NCBI RefSeq assembly: GCF_009914755.1
Contig: NC_060928.1
DNA: 64,000 nucleotides
Reading direction: 5' to 3' (one strand)
From: the human T2T-CHM13v2.0 reference genome, Homo sapiens
Numbering within the stretch: position 1 is the first letter of the stretch; each line of letters starts with the position of its first letter. Shown one piece after another: positions 14,070 through 26,085 of this stretch. The notes under the pieces were generated by a model, which was not told where the DNA came from, made no database searches, and saw only the letters and a list, made by a program, of their open reading frames with translations. The position numbers and the translations under genes are program-made.

Positions 14070-14735
14070 GATAAAACTACTTGTGATATATCCAAACAAA
14101 AAGAAATTAATATGTAGAAGAGATATCTCCATTCCCCTGTCAATTGCAGCGTTATCCAAAATAGTCAAGATATGGAATCCACCTGTGTCTAGTAATGGAT
14201 AAACGAATAAAGAAAATGTATATACAGTGAAATACCACTCAACCTCAAAAAAAAATGCTGTCACTTGTGACAACATAGGTGAACCTGGGGAATATTATGA
14301 TCAATGAAGTAAGCTAGGCACAGAAAGACAAATCCTGCCTGATCTCACTTATATGTGGAATTTAAAAATGACAAACTCACAGAAGCAGAGAGGAGAATGG
14401 TGGGTACTAGCGGCTGGGAGGTAGGAGTATTGAGGTGTTGGTTTAAGGGCACACACTTCAGTCAGACAGGAAGAGTAAATCATGGAAATTCATTGTAGAG
14501 CGTGGTGAACATGCTCTACAATATAGTTAATCATAATGTATGTTATACATAAAATTGCTAATAGAATAGATGTGAAATGTTCTTACCACAAAAATGATAA
14601 GTATGTAATGTAATAGAAATGTTAATTAGCTTGATTTAATCAATCCACAAGGTATACATATATCAAAACTTCATGCTATACTTCATAACTATGTACAAAT
14701 TTATTTCTCGATTAAACCTTAATAAAGTTGAAAAA
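14070..14735 (+). mobile_element. L1MA-type LINE-1 3' end (ORF2 tail + 3'UTR)
   Basis: cacagaaagacaaat..gatctcacttatatgtggaat, gttaattagcttgatttaa, and a terminal aataaagttgaaaaa. Confidence 0.9.
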
Positions 14736-15176
14736 TGAAGACAGAACCATTACAAATTAACTATAAAGAGTTTACAAATCCAGATAAACCACAGTCTGTG
14801 TGAAAAAATCCTATGCATGTCATGATGAAGAATCCATGGAGGCTGCAATTCAACTGGCCTACGATTTTCTTTTTTAAAGCCAGAGTCATGAAAGACAAAA
14901 AATAATATATATATAAATAAAAATAAAATTTTTTTCTTGGTGAAGCACTGTAGATTAAAAGAACTCAATAGACTTTGCAACTAAGATGAAAGTATTTTCC
15001 TTTAATTAACAGCATCTTTAATAAAAAATAGAGATAGTTGAGTATAGACTGCATATGAGGAGTGGTAGTATATTGTAAGGTGTTAATTATACTGCAGTTA
15101 TGCGGAAGAATGACCTAGTTATTGGGCAATACAAGGTGAATATCTGCAATTAAACAAATATTTTAGCAAAAGTTTT

Positions 15177-15255
15177 ATGTATATATACACACACGCATAT
15201 ACATTCACATATACACATACATATGCACACATAATTATATACATACATATATGTT
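15177..15255. repeat. (TA/CA)n low-complexity tract
   Basis: Mixed tatacacata repeats. Confidence 0.7.
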
Positions 15256-15999
15256 ACATTATTTTAACTATATTTCCTTTTAGTAGGGAAATATCAAACT
15301 GCTATGTTAACTTAAATTCACCAAAACCTTTTATGGTAGACTTGTGGGTAAATTGTTGAAATCTGAGATGTGTTATAAAAGAAGTACTGGAAGTTTCTAC
15401 AGGTCCACAAATGCATAATTCTGTATTTTTCTCTTAATTCTGTCAGTAAATATAAAATCTAAATTGAATATATTTGTTTTCTATGCAATGAAGACAATAG
15501 ATTTGGTGGTTTCTACGAAACCACTTATTTCTAGAATTCTGTGACTTATTTTATGTGTGACATTTAAACAATAGTAAAAGCATCAATAGAAAGCAGTTAA
15601 TCATGATTTTGCTATTCAGCTTTCTCTGCATATTTTAAGGTTCTGATTACAATGCTACATGTGGACAAACTGCAAGTAAGTCACATTTATCATATGCTTG
15701 CATTGACCAAAGGACAATTAAAAGTCATTAAAGTGACAAACAATGGACTTGACATTATTAACCTAAGCATAAACTGGAAAAAATCCATATTCTAGCAATT
15801 TAAAAATAATTTAAATAAGAAAAAAACCTCACGCATTTAAAACTATATTGCTCTGAAGCCAATACAATTCACTCACATGGTGAAAATTAAAGAGAATTGG
15901 TTATTTATTCTGCAGCTGAATAAATTCTCTTAGATTCCTGGGCAAATAGTAAACTGAATTCTAACTTATTTAGGAAAGAAGTAAAGAACAAAGATTTGT

Positions 16000-16152
16000 T
16001 CTGTAAATGTTCACTTATAAAGGTGAAGGAATTGAAGCTTAGGTAGATTTAAAAACTTTAATTATGGACACATCTGATTAGGAAAAACACAGGATTTGGA
16101 CTCAGATGTATTGGACCTAAGGGTCTGTATCCTTTGTTACTGTGCTATATAC
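16000..16152 (-). mobile_element. MIR
   Basis: ggtgaaggaattgaagcttagg...caggatttggactcagatgt. Confidence 0.6.
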
Positions 16153-16184
16153 TACATTCCACATTATAAAATTTATGTTGTAAG

Positions 16185-16355
16185 TTTTTAATCCTGATCC
16201 TTATGTTTACTCTGTGAACTTGGAAAAGGTCTCAGTTTTTTTCCTCTTTAAAATAGGATAATAAATTCTGCATTTTGAGATAGTTTGTGGTATTAAACAT
16301 TGCACTATCATTATTAAGAGCTGAAAAGAATACAAAGCACGGCATAGTTAAATAA
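16185..16355 (+). mobile_element. MIR
   Basis: ctgtgaacttggaaaagg..ctcagttttt..taaaataggataata. Confidence 0.6.
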
Positions 16356-16364
16356 TTTTAATAC

Positions 16365-16424
16365 CCAAAATGTTCACAGTGATGATTATGTCCAAAATGT
16401 TCACAATGATGACTATATCCAAAA
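16365..16424. repeat. 27-bp tandem duplication
   Basis: ccaaaatgttcacagtgatgattatgt / ccaaaatgttcacaatgatgactatat / ccaaaa. Confidence 0.85.
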
Positions 16425-17749
16425 GTGTAACACCTTCATGTTATATATGAAAGACTCTTAGTCAAGTAAGCTTACGATATATATTTTTTCAAATTCATAC
16501 AGTGAAACAAAATGTCAGAGCAATCTAGCGAAAAAGCAGTTTGAATACATTAAATGGTATTTCACACCAGTGTAAGGACTGTGTCATTATAATACAAATA
16601 AAAACATGAAGAAAAGATTTTTCTTGGAAGATTGTCCTGGTTATTTAACAGTAAACAATAAAAAATATAAAACATATGAAATATAAGATAAGTAAAATGA
16701 TTGCAAGTAATATGTAATATAAATTATACAACTATAAAAACACAGTCCAGAGGTACAATAATATATGATATGAATAAATGAAGTATTTAACACGTTTGTT
16801 ATATGACATATATGTATATATACAAATTTTTACTTATGTAATATATAAACAATAATGACAACAACCTAATAGAAAACTACTAATAACATTTGGCCAAAAT
16901 CGAAATGTATCATAAGAAACTTTTCCCTTTCTCCCTCCTCTTCTACTCACTCCTAAATCCTAGAATATCTTATAGCGCCTTACCTCTTGTGAATATTTTA
17001 CCCCATTATTTGTTTTATTTCTCGAGTGTAATCTGGACCTTTTTTAAAAAAATGTTAGCCAACTATCCTCTCACCAGCTTGCCTCCATCAAAGTGTATAA
17101 TACTTTGATTTTAATTTCTTCAGAATCAATCTTACTACTGTTGCAGTAACTTGCCATTCAAAACCACACTGTATGTCTCAATAATTTCGTAGCACATTTA
17201 TTTGAGGCAGTGATGTCAGCTGGTTGCGAGAGAGTAGAAAATGCAATGCTTATGTCTAGCCTAGAGAAGCAAGCAGCATTACAACCCATCTTCTTTGTTT
17301 GGTATCCTTTTGTTACCTTTACGACTTGCATACCATAATTTACGCTGGGGATTATGTGCAAGAGAAAACAAGGGGAGAACTTTTGATGTTTGACTTTGGT
17401 TCCTGGGATAACATTCTTATTGCCCATTCTTACTGTATAGTAATACACGATCAACCACACTTATTTTCAAAGACTCATCTGGGTCCATGTCTGGAGATGC
17501 TTTTCGTGTTTCATTGTTCTTTCTCTACCTCTAACGTAGCAAAGATTACATTAATAGTATTTCACACGTGAGAAAATAGACAAATTCTGCCATTAATAAA
17601 GTAATTTCATAATCACAAAAAAGGATTATGGTAATTTACAGGAAAAAAATTCACATGTAGTTTACAGTATAACAGCAAATAAAATACAGTTATCCAGGAG
17701 AACAAAAAAGGAATAGACTATTGGGCAAAAAGGGTGTGGGTCTGACATA

Positions 17750-18215
17750 CGGTAATGCCCTCCTTACCCCTGAGAACCCCAGTGGCTGCCTGAAACCGTG
17801 AATAACACCAAATCTTATATACAGTATGTTTTTTTCCCATAAATACATACCTACGATAAAGTTTAATTCATAAATTATGCACAGAAAGAGATGGACAATA
17901 ACTAATAACAAAATAAAGCAATTATAACAGTACACTAGCATCAGTAGGCTTGTGCTTTGGGGCCATTATTAAGTAAAATAAGGGTTACTTGAACACAAGC
18001 ACTGTGATACAGTGACAGTTAATCTGATTATCAAAAAGCCTACTAAGTGATGCAGGGAAGGGGAGTTTAGACAGCATAGATACGCTGGACAAAGGGATGA
18101 TTCATGGTCCCAGGCAGGACATAGCAGAAAGGCACAAGATTTCATCACAATAATTCGAACACAGTGCAATATGAAATTTATGAATTATTTATTTCTAGAA
18201 TTTCCCATTAGATAT
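17750..18215 (+). mobile_element. MER44B-like (Tigger7) DNA transposon, 3' end missing
   Basis: cagtggctgcctgaaaccgtg, aagtaaaataagggttacttgaacacaagcactg, gatacgctggacaaagggatgattca. Similar to the MER44A at 61513. Confidence 0.85.
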
Positions 18216-19310
18216 TCTATTTTTTATTTCTTTTGTTTTGTTTTGTTTTTCATGGCATTTTCCAAGACAATGTCATTATCTAAAGAAATAAAAACTAACC
18301 ATGGATTCAGACTTCTTTCGAACAAATGAGTCTCTGAACATTTTTAAAAAGCCACAATTCTATCATTGTCTAAATGATTCCAGTATATTTATTTCTATTT
18401 ACACACACATTTGATGAATCCTTCTATACTTATGAATTAGACTCAACCCAACTGGAACTATTAAAGTTTCCAAAAAAAACTATGAATATAGTTTTTAAAT
18501 CTAAGGTTAGTATTCAAACATACATTTCTAAAAGAATGTTTCAAATGAAATTTTTTCCACTTCTAAAATGGTCTGAAACTATGGTTGACATTTCATAGTT
18601 AAGGTATACAGAATTTCATTTTTGCCTTACAGATTAGCAAATCATGGAAGAGTTAAAAATGGAAAGGTACCGCATTTGCTTTCAATTCAGAATTAGTTAA
18701 ATTTTAAAAAGATAAATTTTTGCTCAGGATTGTGTTTCTTCCAACAACTGTACAACTAAACAAAAAAGCACTTTCTTTAATCTTCATCACATCTTTCTTT
18801 ACTCCTCAAAATAATATATTATTTTCCATTAATATAATTTTTTGATTATAGTTTTCAATCATCAGATTGTCATTTAGCTTCTTTTTGTCATTTACTCAAA
18901 AATATAAAAGTCTCAGAAACCCAAACTGTCACTCGGAGAATGTAAACCATGATGACATGTCCATGAGTCTCATTTTTTTAATCGACTTTATTCTTTAGAA
19001 GAAGTTGTTTTAGGTTCACAGCAAAATTGAGCAGAAAGTACAGAGATTCTCTACAAACCTCTACCTGCCCCCCAACACACACAGCCTCTCTACTCTCAAT
19101 ATCCCCTACCAGAGTGGTGCATTTGTTATAATCAGTGAGTCCACAATGGCACATTATTGTTATGTAGAGTCCAGAGTTTATATAAGGGTTCATTCTTGGA
19201 TACATATGTAATGACATATATCCACCATTAGTGTCATACACAATCGTCTCCTTGCCTTAAAATTCTCCTGTGCTTTGCCTATTAATCTCTCTTTATATAA
19301 ACACACACGA

Positions 19311-19373
19311 TTTTTTTTTGAGACAGAGTCTCTCTCTTGCCCAGCCTGGAGTGTGCTAGGGGCTGATCATAGC
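19311..19373 (-). mobile_element. Short Alu 3'-end fragment
   Basis: ttttttgagacagagtctc...cccagcctggagtg. Confidence 0.75.
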
Positions 19374-19420
19374 TATTCATCTTTCTTTCCCCCCAACTGC
19401 AGATATGTACATATGGAAGA

Positions 19421-19648
19421 TATATATATATATATTATATATATATAATATATATTATATATATAATATATATATAATATATATATTATATATATTATAT
19501 ATATATTATATATATAATATATATATTATATATATAATATATATATTATATATATAATATATATATTATATATATAATATATATATTATATATATTATAT
19601 ATAATATATATAATATATATATATAATATATATATAATATATATATTA
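19421..19648. repeat. Palindromic TA-rich tandem array (~230 bp)
   Basis: Pure A/T. The 20-nt unit atatattatatatataatat repeats in phase at 19501-19580, with variant units on both sides. Confidence 0.95.
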
Positions 19649-19655
19649 CACACAC

Positions 19656-19938
19656 TTGGAGAAAGAGTCTCACTCTGTTGCACAGGCTGAAGTGCAGGGG
19701 GTGCTGATCATGGCCCACTGCAATCTCAACCTCCTGGGCTCAACTGATTCTCCCACCTCAGTCTTCTGAGCTGAGCAGTTGGGATCACAGACATGTGCCA
19801 TCATGCCCAGCTAAATTTAAATTTATTTTTTTAAGAGATTGGAGTGTCACCATGTTGCTCAGGTTGGTCTCAAACCCCTAGCCCCAAGCAATCCTCCCAC
19901 CTCTGCCTACCAAATGGCTGGGACCAGAAGTGTGAGCT
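19656..19938 (-). mobile_element. AluJ SINE
   Basis: tgatcatggcccactgca..ctcctgggctcaa and caagcaatcctcccacc are J-type segments. Confidence 0.9.
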
Positions 19939-20109
19939 GATATTTTTACTGCCTCTAGAGTTTTGCCTTTACAAAGTGTCATAAAGTTGGACTCATACAG
20001 TATGTCGCCTGTTCAAATTAGCTTCTTTGACTTAGTAATACGTATTCAAAATTTCTCCATCTCTTTTCATGGCTTGATAGCTCATTTCTTTTAGCACTGA
20101 AGAACATTC

Positions 20110-20670
20110 TGTGTCCACAGTTGGTTCCTTCCAGTGGGTTCGTAGTCTCGCTGACTTCAAGAATGAAGCCGCGGACCTTCGCAGTGAGTGTTACAGCTCT
20201 TAAAGGTGGCACGGACTCAAAGAGTGAGCAGCAGCAGGATTTATTGTGAAAAGCAAAAGAACAAACCTTCCACAGCATGGAAGGGGACTGAGGCAGGTTG
20301 CTACTGCTGGCTGGGGTGGCCAGCTTTTATTCCCTGATTTGTCCCCTCCTATGTCCTGTTTCTGTCTTATCAGAATGCCCTTTTCTCAATCCTCCCTGCA
20401 ATTGGTTACTTTTAGAATCCTGCTGATTGGTCCATTTTACAGAGCACTGATTGGTCCATTTTACAGAGTGCTGATTGGTGCATTTTACAAACCTCTTGCT
20501 AGCTACAGAGCACTGAGAGGTGTGTTTTTACAGAGCACTGATTGGTGCATTTTACAAACCTCTTGCTAGCTACAGAACGCTAATTGGTGCATTTTACAAT
20601 CCCCTTGTAAGACAGAAAAGTTCTCTAAGTCCTCGCTGGACCCAGGAAGTCCAGCCGGCTTCACCTCTCA
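20110..20670 (-). mobile_element. LTR12 (LTR12F-like, ERV9) solo LTR
   Basis: tgtgtcc..gtctcgctgacttcaagaatgaagccgcggacc, tandem gctgattggtgcattttaca units, end ggcttcacctctca. 4-bp TSD ATTC at 20106-20109 and 20671-20674. Confidence 0.95.
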
Positions 20671-21004
20671 ATTCCATTATCTGAATATACCACAGTTTTA
20701 TTTATCCATTCACCTGCTAAAAGATACCTTAGTTGCTTCCAAGTTTATTTATGAGTAAAGATGCTGTAAACATCCACGTGCAGGTTTTTGTGTGAACTTA
20801 AGTTTTCAACTTGTTTGGGAAAAGTTCGTATTAACGTTCAGTTTTGTAAGGAACCACTAAACTGTACAATTTTGATTTCCCACCAGCAATGATTTAGAGT
20901 TTCTTTTGCTCCACATCCTTATCAGCATTTGGTGTTTTCTGTGTTCCGGATTTTGGTCATTCTAATAGATGTGCGGTGACATTTCATTGCTCTTTGTAAA
21001 TTTT

Positions 21005-21524
21005 CCTTTTCTCAAGTTGGCTAGGCTGTCTTAAAACCCCAACTAATTAGGCTAATAAAATAGCTTTTCTTGAGGCTTGGCTTTGTTTTTCAAATGGTGA
21101 TTTTTCTTCTCCCCCTGCCGGAATCATCAGGGGATTTTTCTCTGACAGTCACTGTGTGACCTGGTAGGGCATCTGGAGGTAAAACTCACAAGGTGTGGGG
21201 ATCCACCTATGGCTAGGCCTCCCTAGTTTACTCACAAACTTTTCCACACTGATTCTCTGGAAGTTTTTCTATTACAGTTTCGATTTTCCTACCACGGTAC
21301 TAGATCCCAGGAGGTTTCTGTTTATGGGTTTCTGCCCTGGGAAGTAGTAATTTTTTTATATCTGCCTGTCTTTCCGATGTGAGAGGCATCGGTTTACCCC
21401 GTGATCTCACTTCTTTTAATGGGTCTAAGAGGAGTTTTTTATTGTTCAGTTTGTTTCACTCTGTACCTCTTTTTAGAACAAACTGGAGACTCCCAAGCTC
21501 CTTACATGACTGACAGGAAAAGCC
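21005..21524 (-). mobile_element. L1MC-type LINE-1 5' end (L1MCa_5end-like)
   Basis: ctggaggtaaaactcacaa..gtgtgggg, gggtctaagaggag, cccaagctccttacatg. Visibly similar to 48300-48660. Confidence 0.8.
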
Positions 21525-22468
21525 TCCATGATGTCATTTAAAAATTTTTGGAAATCCCAAATATGACTGCAGATGACAGGAATTATCTCTATTGATTCAA
21601 CTGACATTTGTAAAGTAAAACTGAATTATGCATTGAGAATAAATATATTGGTTTAAAATTATAAAAACAAACTTTTATATTCAGAGGTTAACAATTCTGC
21701 GTGTTTTCTGCTTCTAAAATGGAGAAATATTTCGTATCGTATTTTTTCAATTACCTTTGTTTAAATGATAAAAATTAATATTCTGAGAATAATTTTATTT
21801 GATAAAGATAAGTGTTTAGTCAGAAGTCCTTTAATAAATTTCCTTTTACATTTATGTCAAGTCAAGCTCATTCTGAAAAGCTTTACCCATTTCCTTTCCA
21901 AAAAGTGCCAAATGTCTCCGATTTTCTATTTTTTTCCAAAGTAATTCAGTAGAAGGAATTTCTTTAGGAGCAAGTTTTCTTTTAATCTATTCATCTATCT
22001 ATTGATCTATGTATTTATCCAAGTCTGTCATGTGAAGTGTGTATTAAAGATTACACACAGGGACATTTTCATCACCAGATATCTGAGTGCTTATTCAGCA
22101 TGTACTGATACTATGTGTTTAAAATAATTAAGTCACAGGCTCGGGAAGTAGGAGATCTGGCTAAACTTTTCAGATTCAACGTTTAACAATTTTTGTGACT
22201 TTTTCCAACAGCATGTATATACAAATGTAAGTGAAAGACTAGCTAATGTTAATGTTCAGACAATGTTTCTCTATCTTATATTTTAAGAATATGGATAAGG
22301 GTTTATTGGCACATCCAAGATAATTTCTTGGGCGTTTCTTACTTTGAAAATATAGATAATATCTCAACTAACTTATTCAGAGTTTTAAGTAAAACCAAAT
22401 GCTAATTTAATAGTTTTGGTTAATTTTTTTGGATTACGCTAGAACCTCACTTAATTCTCAGAATTATA

Positions 22469-22930
22469 TGTATTAGCTTCCCATAGTTACCATTACGAAA
22501 TTCCACAAACTGGGTGACTTAAGACAACACAATTTTATTGTCTCACATGTTTGAAGGTTAGAATTCAGAAATCTAGGTGTCAGTAGGGCTTTAGCCCTCC
22601 GAAGTCTGTAAGGTAAGATGCCTTCTTTTCTTCTTCCACCTGGTAGTAGCCCCCAGTGTTCCTTGGCTTGTGGCAACATAACTCCAGTCTCTCTCTGTCT
22701 TCCCATGGTATCCTCCCTATGTCTCTTCACACTATCTTCCCTCTCTGCGTGTTTCTGCATTCAAATTTCTTCTTTTTATGAAAATCTCAGTCATATCGGA
22801 TTAGGCTCTTGGTAGTGGACTCATTTTAACTTGATTATCTCTGTTACAAACCTTTTCCAAGTAAGGTCACTTTCTGAGGTACTGGAAGTTAGAACTTTTT
22901 TGTGGGGGATACAAAATGCAACCTATAACT
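22469..22930 (-). mobile_element. MLT1B/C-type MaLR solo LTR
   Basis: ccacaaactgggtgacttaagacaac, ttccttggcttgtggc, ccaagtaaggtcactttctgaggtactgg. Confidence 0.9.
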
Positions 22931-24629
22931 CTTAGTATCTCTTTTAAACCTTTTGAAAACTCTGCTAACACAAATCAAATAGTATTTTATTCATTTCTAT
23001 GTTCCACAAATACATTGAAATTGTATAATTAAACCATAAGAGGTGGAAAGCTGGCTGACAAGGTTGTTGTCTACAATATATGTTATGAAAAATCAAAGTA
23101 GAAGGATGTTTTCTTTTTCTATAATGCTAAGTTACATAAAATATCAGTTGAACTAAAAATCTCAGCCATTTCTCTAGGTAGTGAAATTTCAATTCATTCC
23201 TAAAGCAAATGCATAATGCTGGACAATCAGTGCATGCTTAATAATGAGGAACTTCAGAAAAAAATGTAGTTCCAAAATACATTTTTTTCTTTTCATTATC
23301 TGTGAAACTTCACCTATTTCACAGTTCAGTTAAAAATCCTATAGCTTAGATTTCAGATTCATGATCATCGACCTGCTTGCAACCTGTGATGCCTATATTC
23401 CTTTAGAATCATTAAGTTCAGAAGACCAATATTCTGGGTGAAAAAAAGCTCTTTATTTCTGTTTTATTTTTATGATCTATTTTAATAGACTGGAATGTAA
23501 TAATGAGAAATAGTAGTAATTAAAAATATAATGGTTGCAATTAAATAAAAAACTTGTTGTAGCCATTGTAATGATCTTGGATGTATGGGTAAGACATATG
23601 AATGCTACTATACATAGGTTGTAAAAAAAGAATTGCATTTTTAAAATGTAAATAGAGTGTGGGCGGTGTAATTTTCATATATTCATTTTGTTTCTACCAT
23701 AATTCTATCATTAAACATGAAATTGATTGCTTATCTAATGTTCCTAAAAGCACAAATTCAGATAAAATTCCCCCAAATTTAACTGTTTTAGTTTTTATTC
23801 AGTGGCTAATACACCATCAATAATTACTTCAACAGTTTATTATCCTGCCTAATATAATATTGTGCTTTTTTCTAAAAGATTATTGATGTATTCCAAATGA
23901 TTAGGACAAAACAAAAAAATACTTAAAATGGTTATTTTCTATTAAAACTAGCTATTTATTCAACTGGACATATCATTTGAAACTTCTCACTTATATGATG
24001 GTCTTCATAAAAATATGTTTAGTCAATATAATATTCAATTTAATAAAGAAATTGTATGGTAATGAGAGTCATAAAGTGAAATAATAGAAAAACTTCAGAA
24101 AATGATTTTCCTCTGTCATCTGTGAAATAAAAGTCCATCAACAAATTTTACATATATAGACACTTGATTGTGTGCAAGACACTGTTCTTGATAAAATATA
24201 TCATTTTGTGTCACAAGACAATGCCAAAAACTTCTCTTAATGTTTATATGAAACAACATATGCTGCTTCCAACAGTGACACATATTTTAAATATATCTTT
24301 CACATATATAATAAATGTGATTTGCTCTACAACTTACAATGTGCAAAAAAGTAAGATGTTTTAAGTATGCCACTTCAAATCAAATAATTCTTCTAATTTC
24401 TCCTGACTAACATGAGTGTGAAGTCCATTTGAGGTTTAAATCAATTTTCTATTTTTTCCTTACCTTCATTTTTATCTTAAAACAGATATGTTAACAGAGT
24501 TTAGGAAAGAGTTTGGTACCCCTTTTCACACCCACCTGTCCACTTTGAAACTCCTTTTTAATACTTAACATAAGACTGAGACATCAATAACAAAAGTTTA
24601 TTAACTCTCTTAAAAAGATAAAATTTAAA

Positions 24630-24875
24630 AGGGTAATATCAGATTATTCCACTGTCTGTCTTAAATTATTTTAAAAACTCTCCACTCCCATTTAAGATAA
24701 AACTTAAACTCTTTATCCTGGCCTTCAAAAGCTTATCTGACCTAGCCCCTACCTACCTCTTGCACTTCATCTCAAATCACTCCTCTAACCAACCAGATTA
24801 CAGCTGAACTGTTCTTTCTGTTCCTGGAATATGCTAAGTGTGTACCTTTGCAACACCTACTGGAGTAGTCTTCTC
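24630..24875 (+). mobile_element. L2 LINE fragment
   Basis: ataaaacttaaactctttatcctggccttcaaaag..tgacctagcccctacctacctc. Confidence 0.75.
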
Positions 24876-24895
24876 ATTTGTATTTGTCTAATTGA

Positions 24896-25310
24896 TGTAC
24901 ATATTTTCAATATCTTGCACAGACCCTCTTTATCAGAATGTTGCACTCATACATGTTTACTGTGGGGTTTTGTCTGTTAACCCTGGAGAGTTACCCTCAG
25001 CAATGGAAATCATCTTACCCAGTTATACTTTCCATGGGATAATAGCCCATACCTGATGACTGATTGATACAAGGGTGTAAAAGTCTATCCCCCTTGTCTC
25101 AAAGAGGTAACACTCTGTGGTACCATTCATGCTCCAGAGCTTTGTGTGTGATCAGTCTGAGGATGCACACTTTTCCTAGCTTCCTATCTTGGCTTATTGT
25201 GATTTCCTCCCTCCTTTCATCTTTCACCTAAATCGCATCTTCAAACAAAACTTCTTGCACAAAAATTATCATCTGAAGCACTGCTTAAAGAATAGGAAGG
25301 ACTTAAGATA
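24896..25310 (+). mobile_element. LTR16-type 5' LTR of ancient ERVL provirus
   Basis: ccccttgtctcaaag..actctgtggtaccattcatgctccagagc. Ends ttaagata, followed by the PBS-like gttggtac. Start is approximate. Confidence 0.7.
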
Positions 25311-25702
25311 GTTGGTACAAGATTCAATGCAAAGAAATGGACTTTAAGGGTGAAAGTTTACAGTCACATAACTTGTTGCCTGGATGGCAGTGATCCCCTT
25401 GACAAGTGTTAGGTGGAATATGGATTATCCTTGGTGAGTTCTAACAGGGTGACTGCTGAAGCTGTCCCTTTTTGGAAAGCAGGACAAAGTACAAATAGAA
25501 GAGACACATTAGTTTGTGCAATGTTTCTGGTATTTGAGAGGTCTGAAGGCAATAACCACAAGGACTATGGAATTGAGTAGATACTGCCACAGCCATGGAT
25601 GTGTTGTTATCTATTATACACAAATACTTAAGTCAGAGGGTCTCATTGGAAACCTTTAAAGCAACTTTTAATTTTCTGCAGGTTGAAGCTGATGGTGCAG
25701 CC

Positions 25703-26085
25703 GCTCTACAGAAACAGAATATACCTCTATCCAAAATTTGGTTTGCCTGTTAAAACTGATGATGTCACACATTTACCCAAAGAGTATAGGAAGGTTTATT
25801 ACTCACACAATAGGGCTTTCTGAAGCGAGAGTTTCTCCAGCAAGTCTAAAATATCTTGAGAGAGTAAAAACAAACAAACAAAAAGACTGGCTTAGGATTT
25901 TTATGGTAATTAGGGGTGAGGCCAGGCTTAGAGTGACAGCATGTAATTTAAACTTCCCATCTGTACAATCTGAGGGAGCACCCAAGCTTTCTTACCAGCA
26001 ATCTCAGATGTGGGGCATAAAAGGGTTAGGCGTAAAAGATGTCAGTATTCAAACTTCCAAACCTAGATTCAGACTCTCTATTAAA
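25703..26085 (-). mobile_element. Solo LTR (LTR47-like) nested in the ERVL
   Basis: actgatgatgtcacac..aaggtttattactcaca..gagggagcacccaagctttctta..tcagactctctatta. Family name is from memory. Confidence 0.6.

Larger units (their letters stand above)
18973..21005 (-). mobile_element. L1MC1-like LINE-1 3' region, interrupted by AluJ/TA array and LTR12
   Basis: taggttcacagcaaaattgagcagaaagtacagag and accagagtggtgcatttgtta. Resumes at 19940-20109 and 20671-21005. Confidence 0.9.

Noticed and set aside
17158-17571. Overlapping 90-100 aa ORFs in unique sequence; possible exon
   Set aside because: There is no recognisable protein similarity or convincing splice pair, so it cannot be supported without expression or conservation data.
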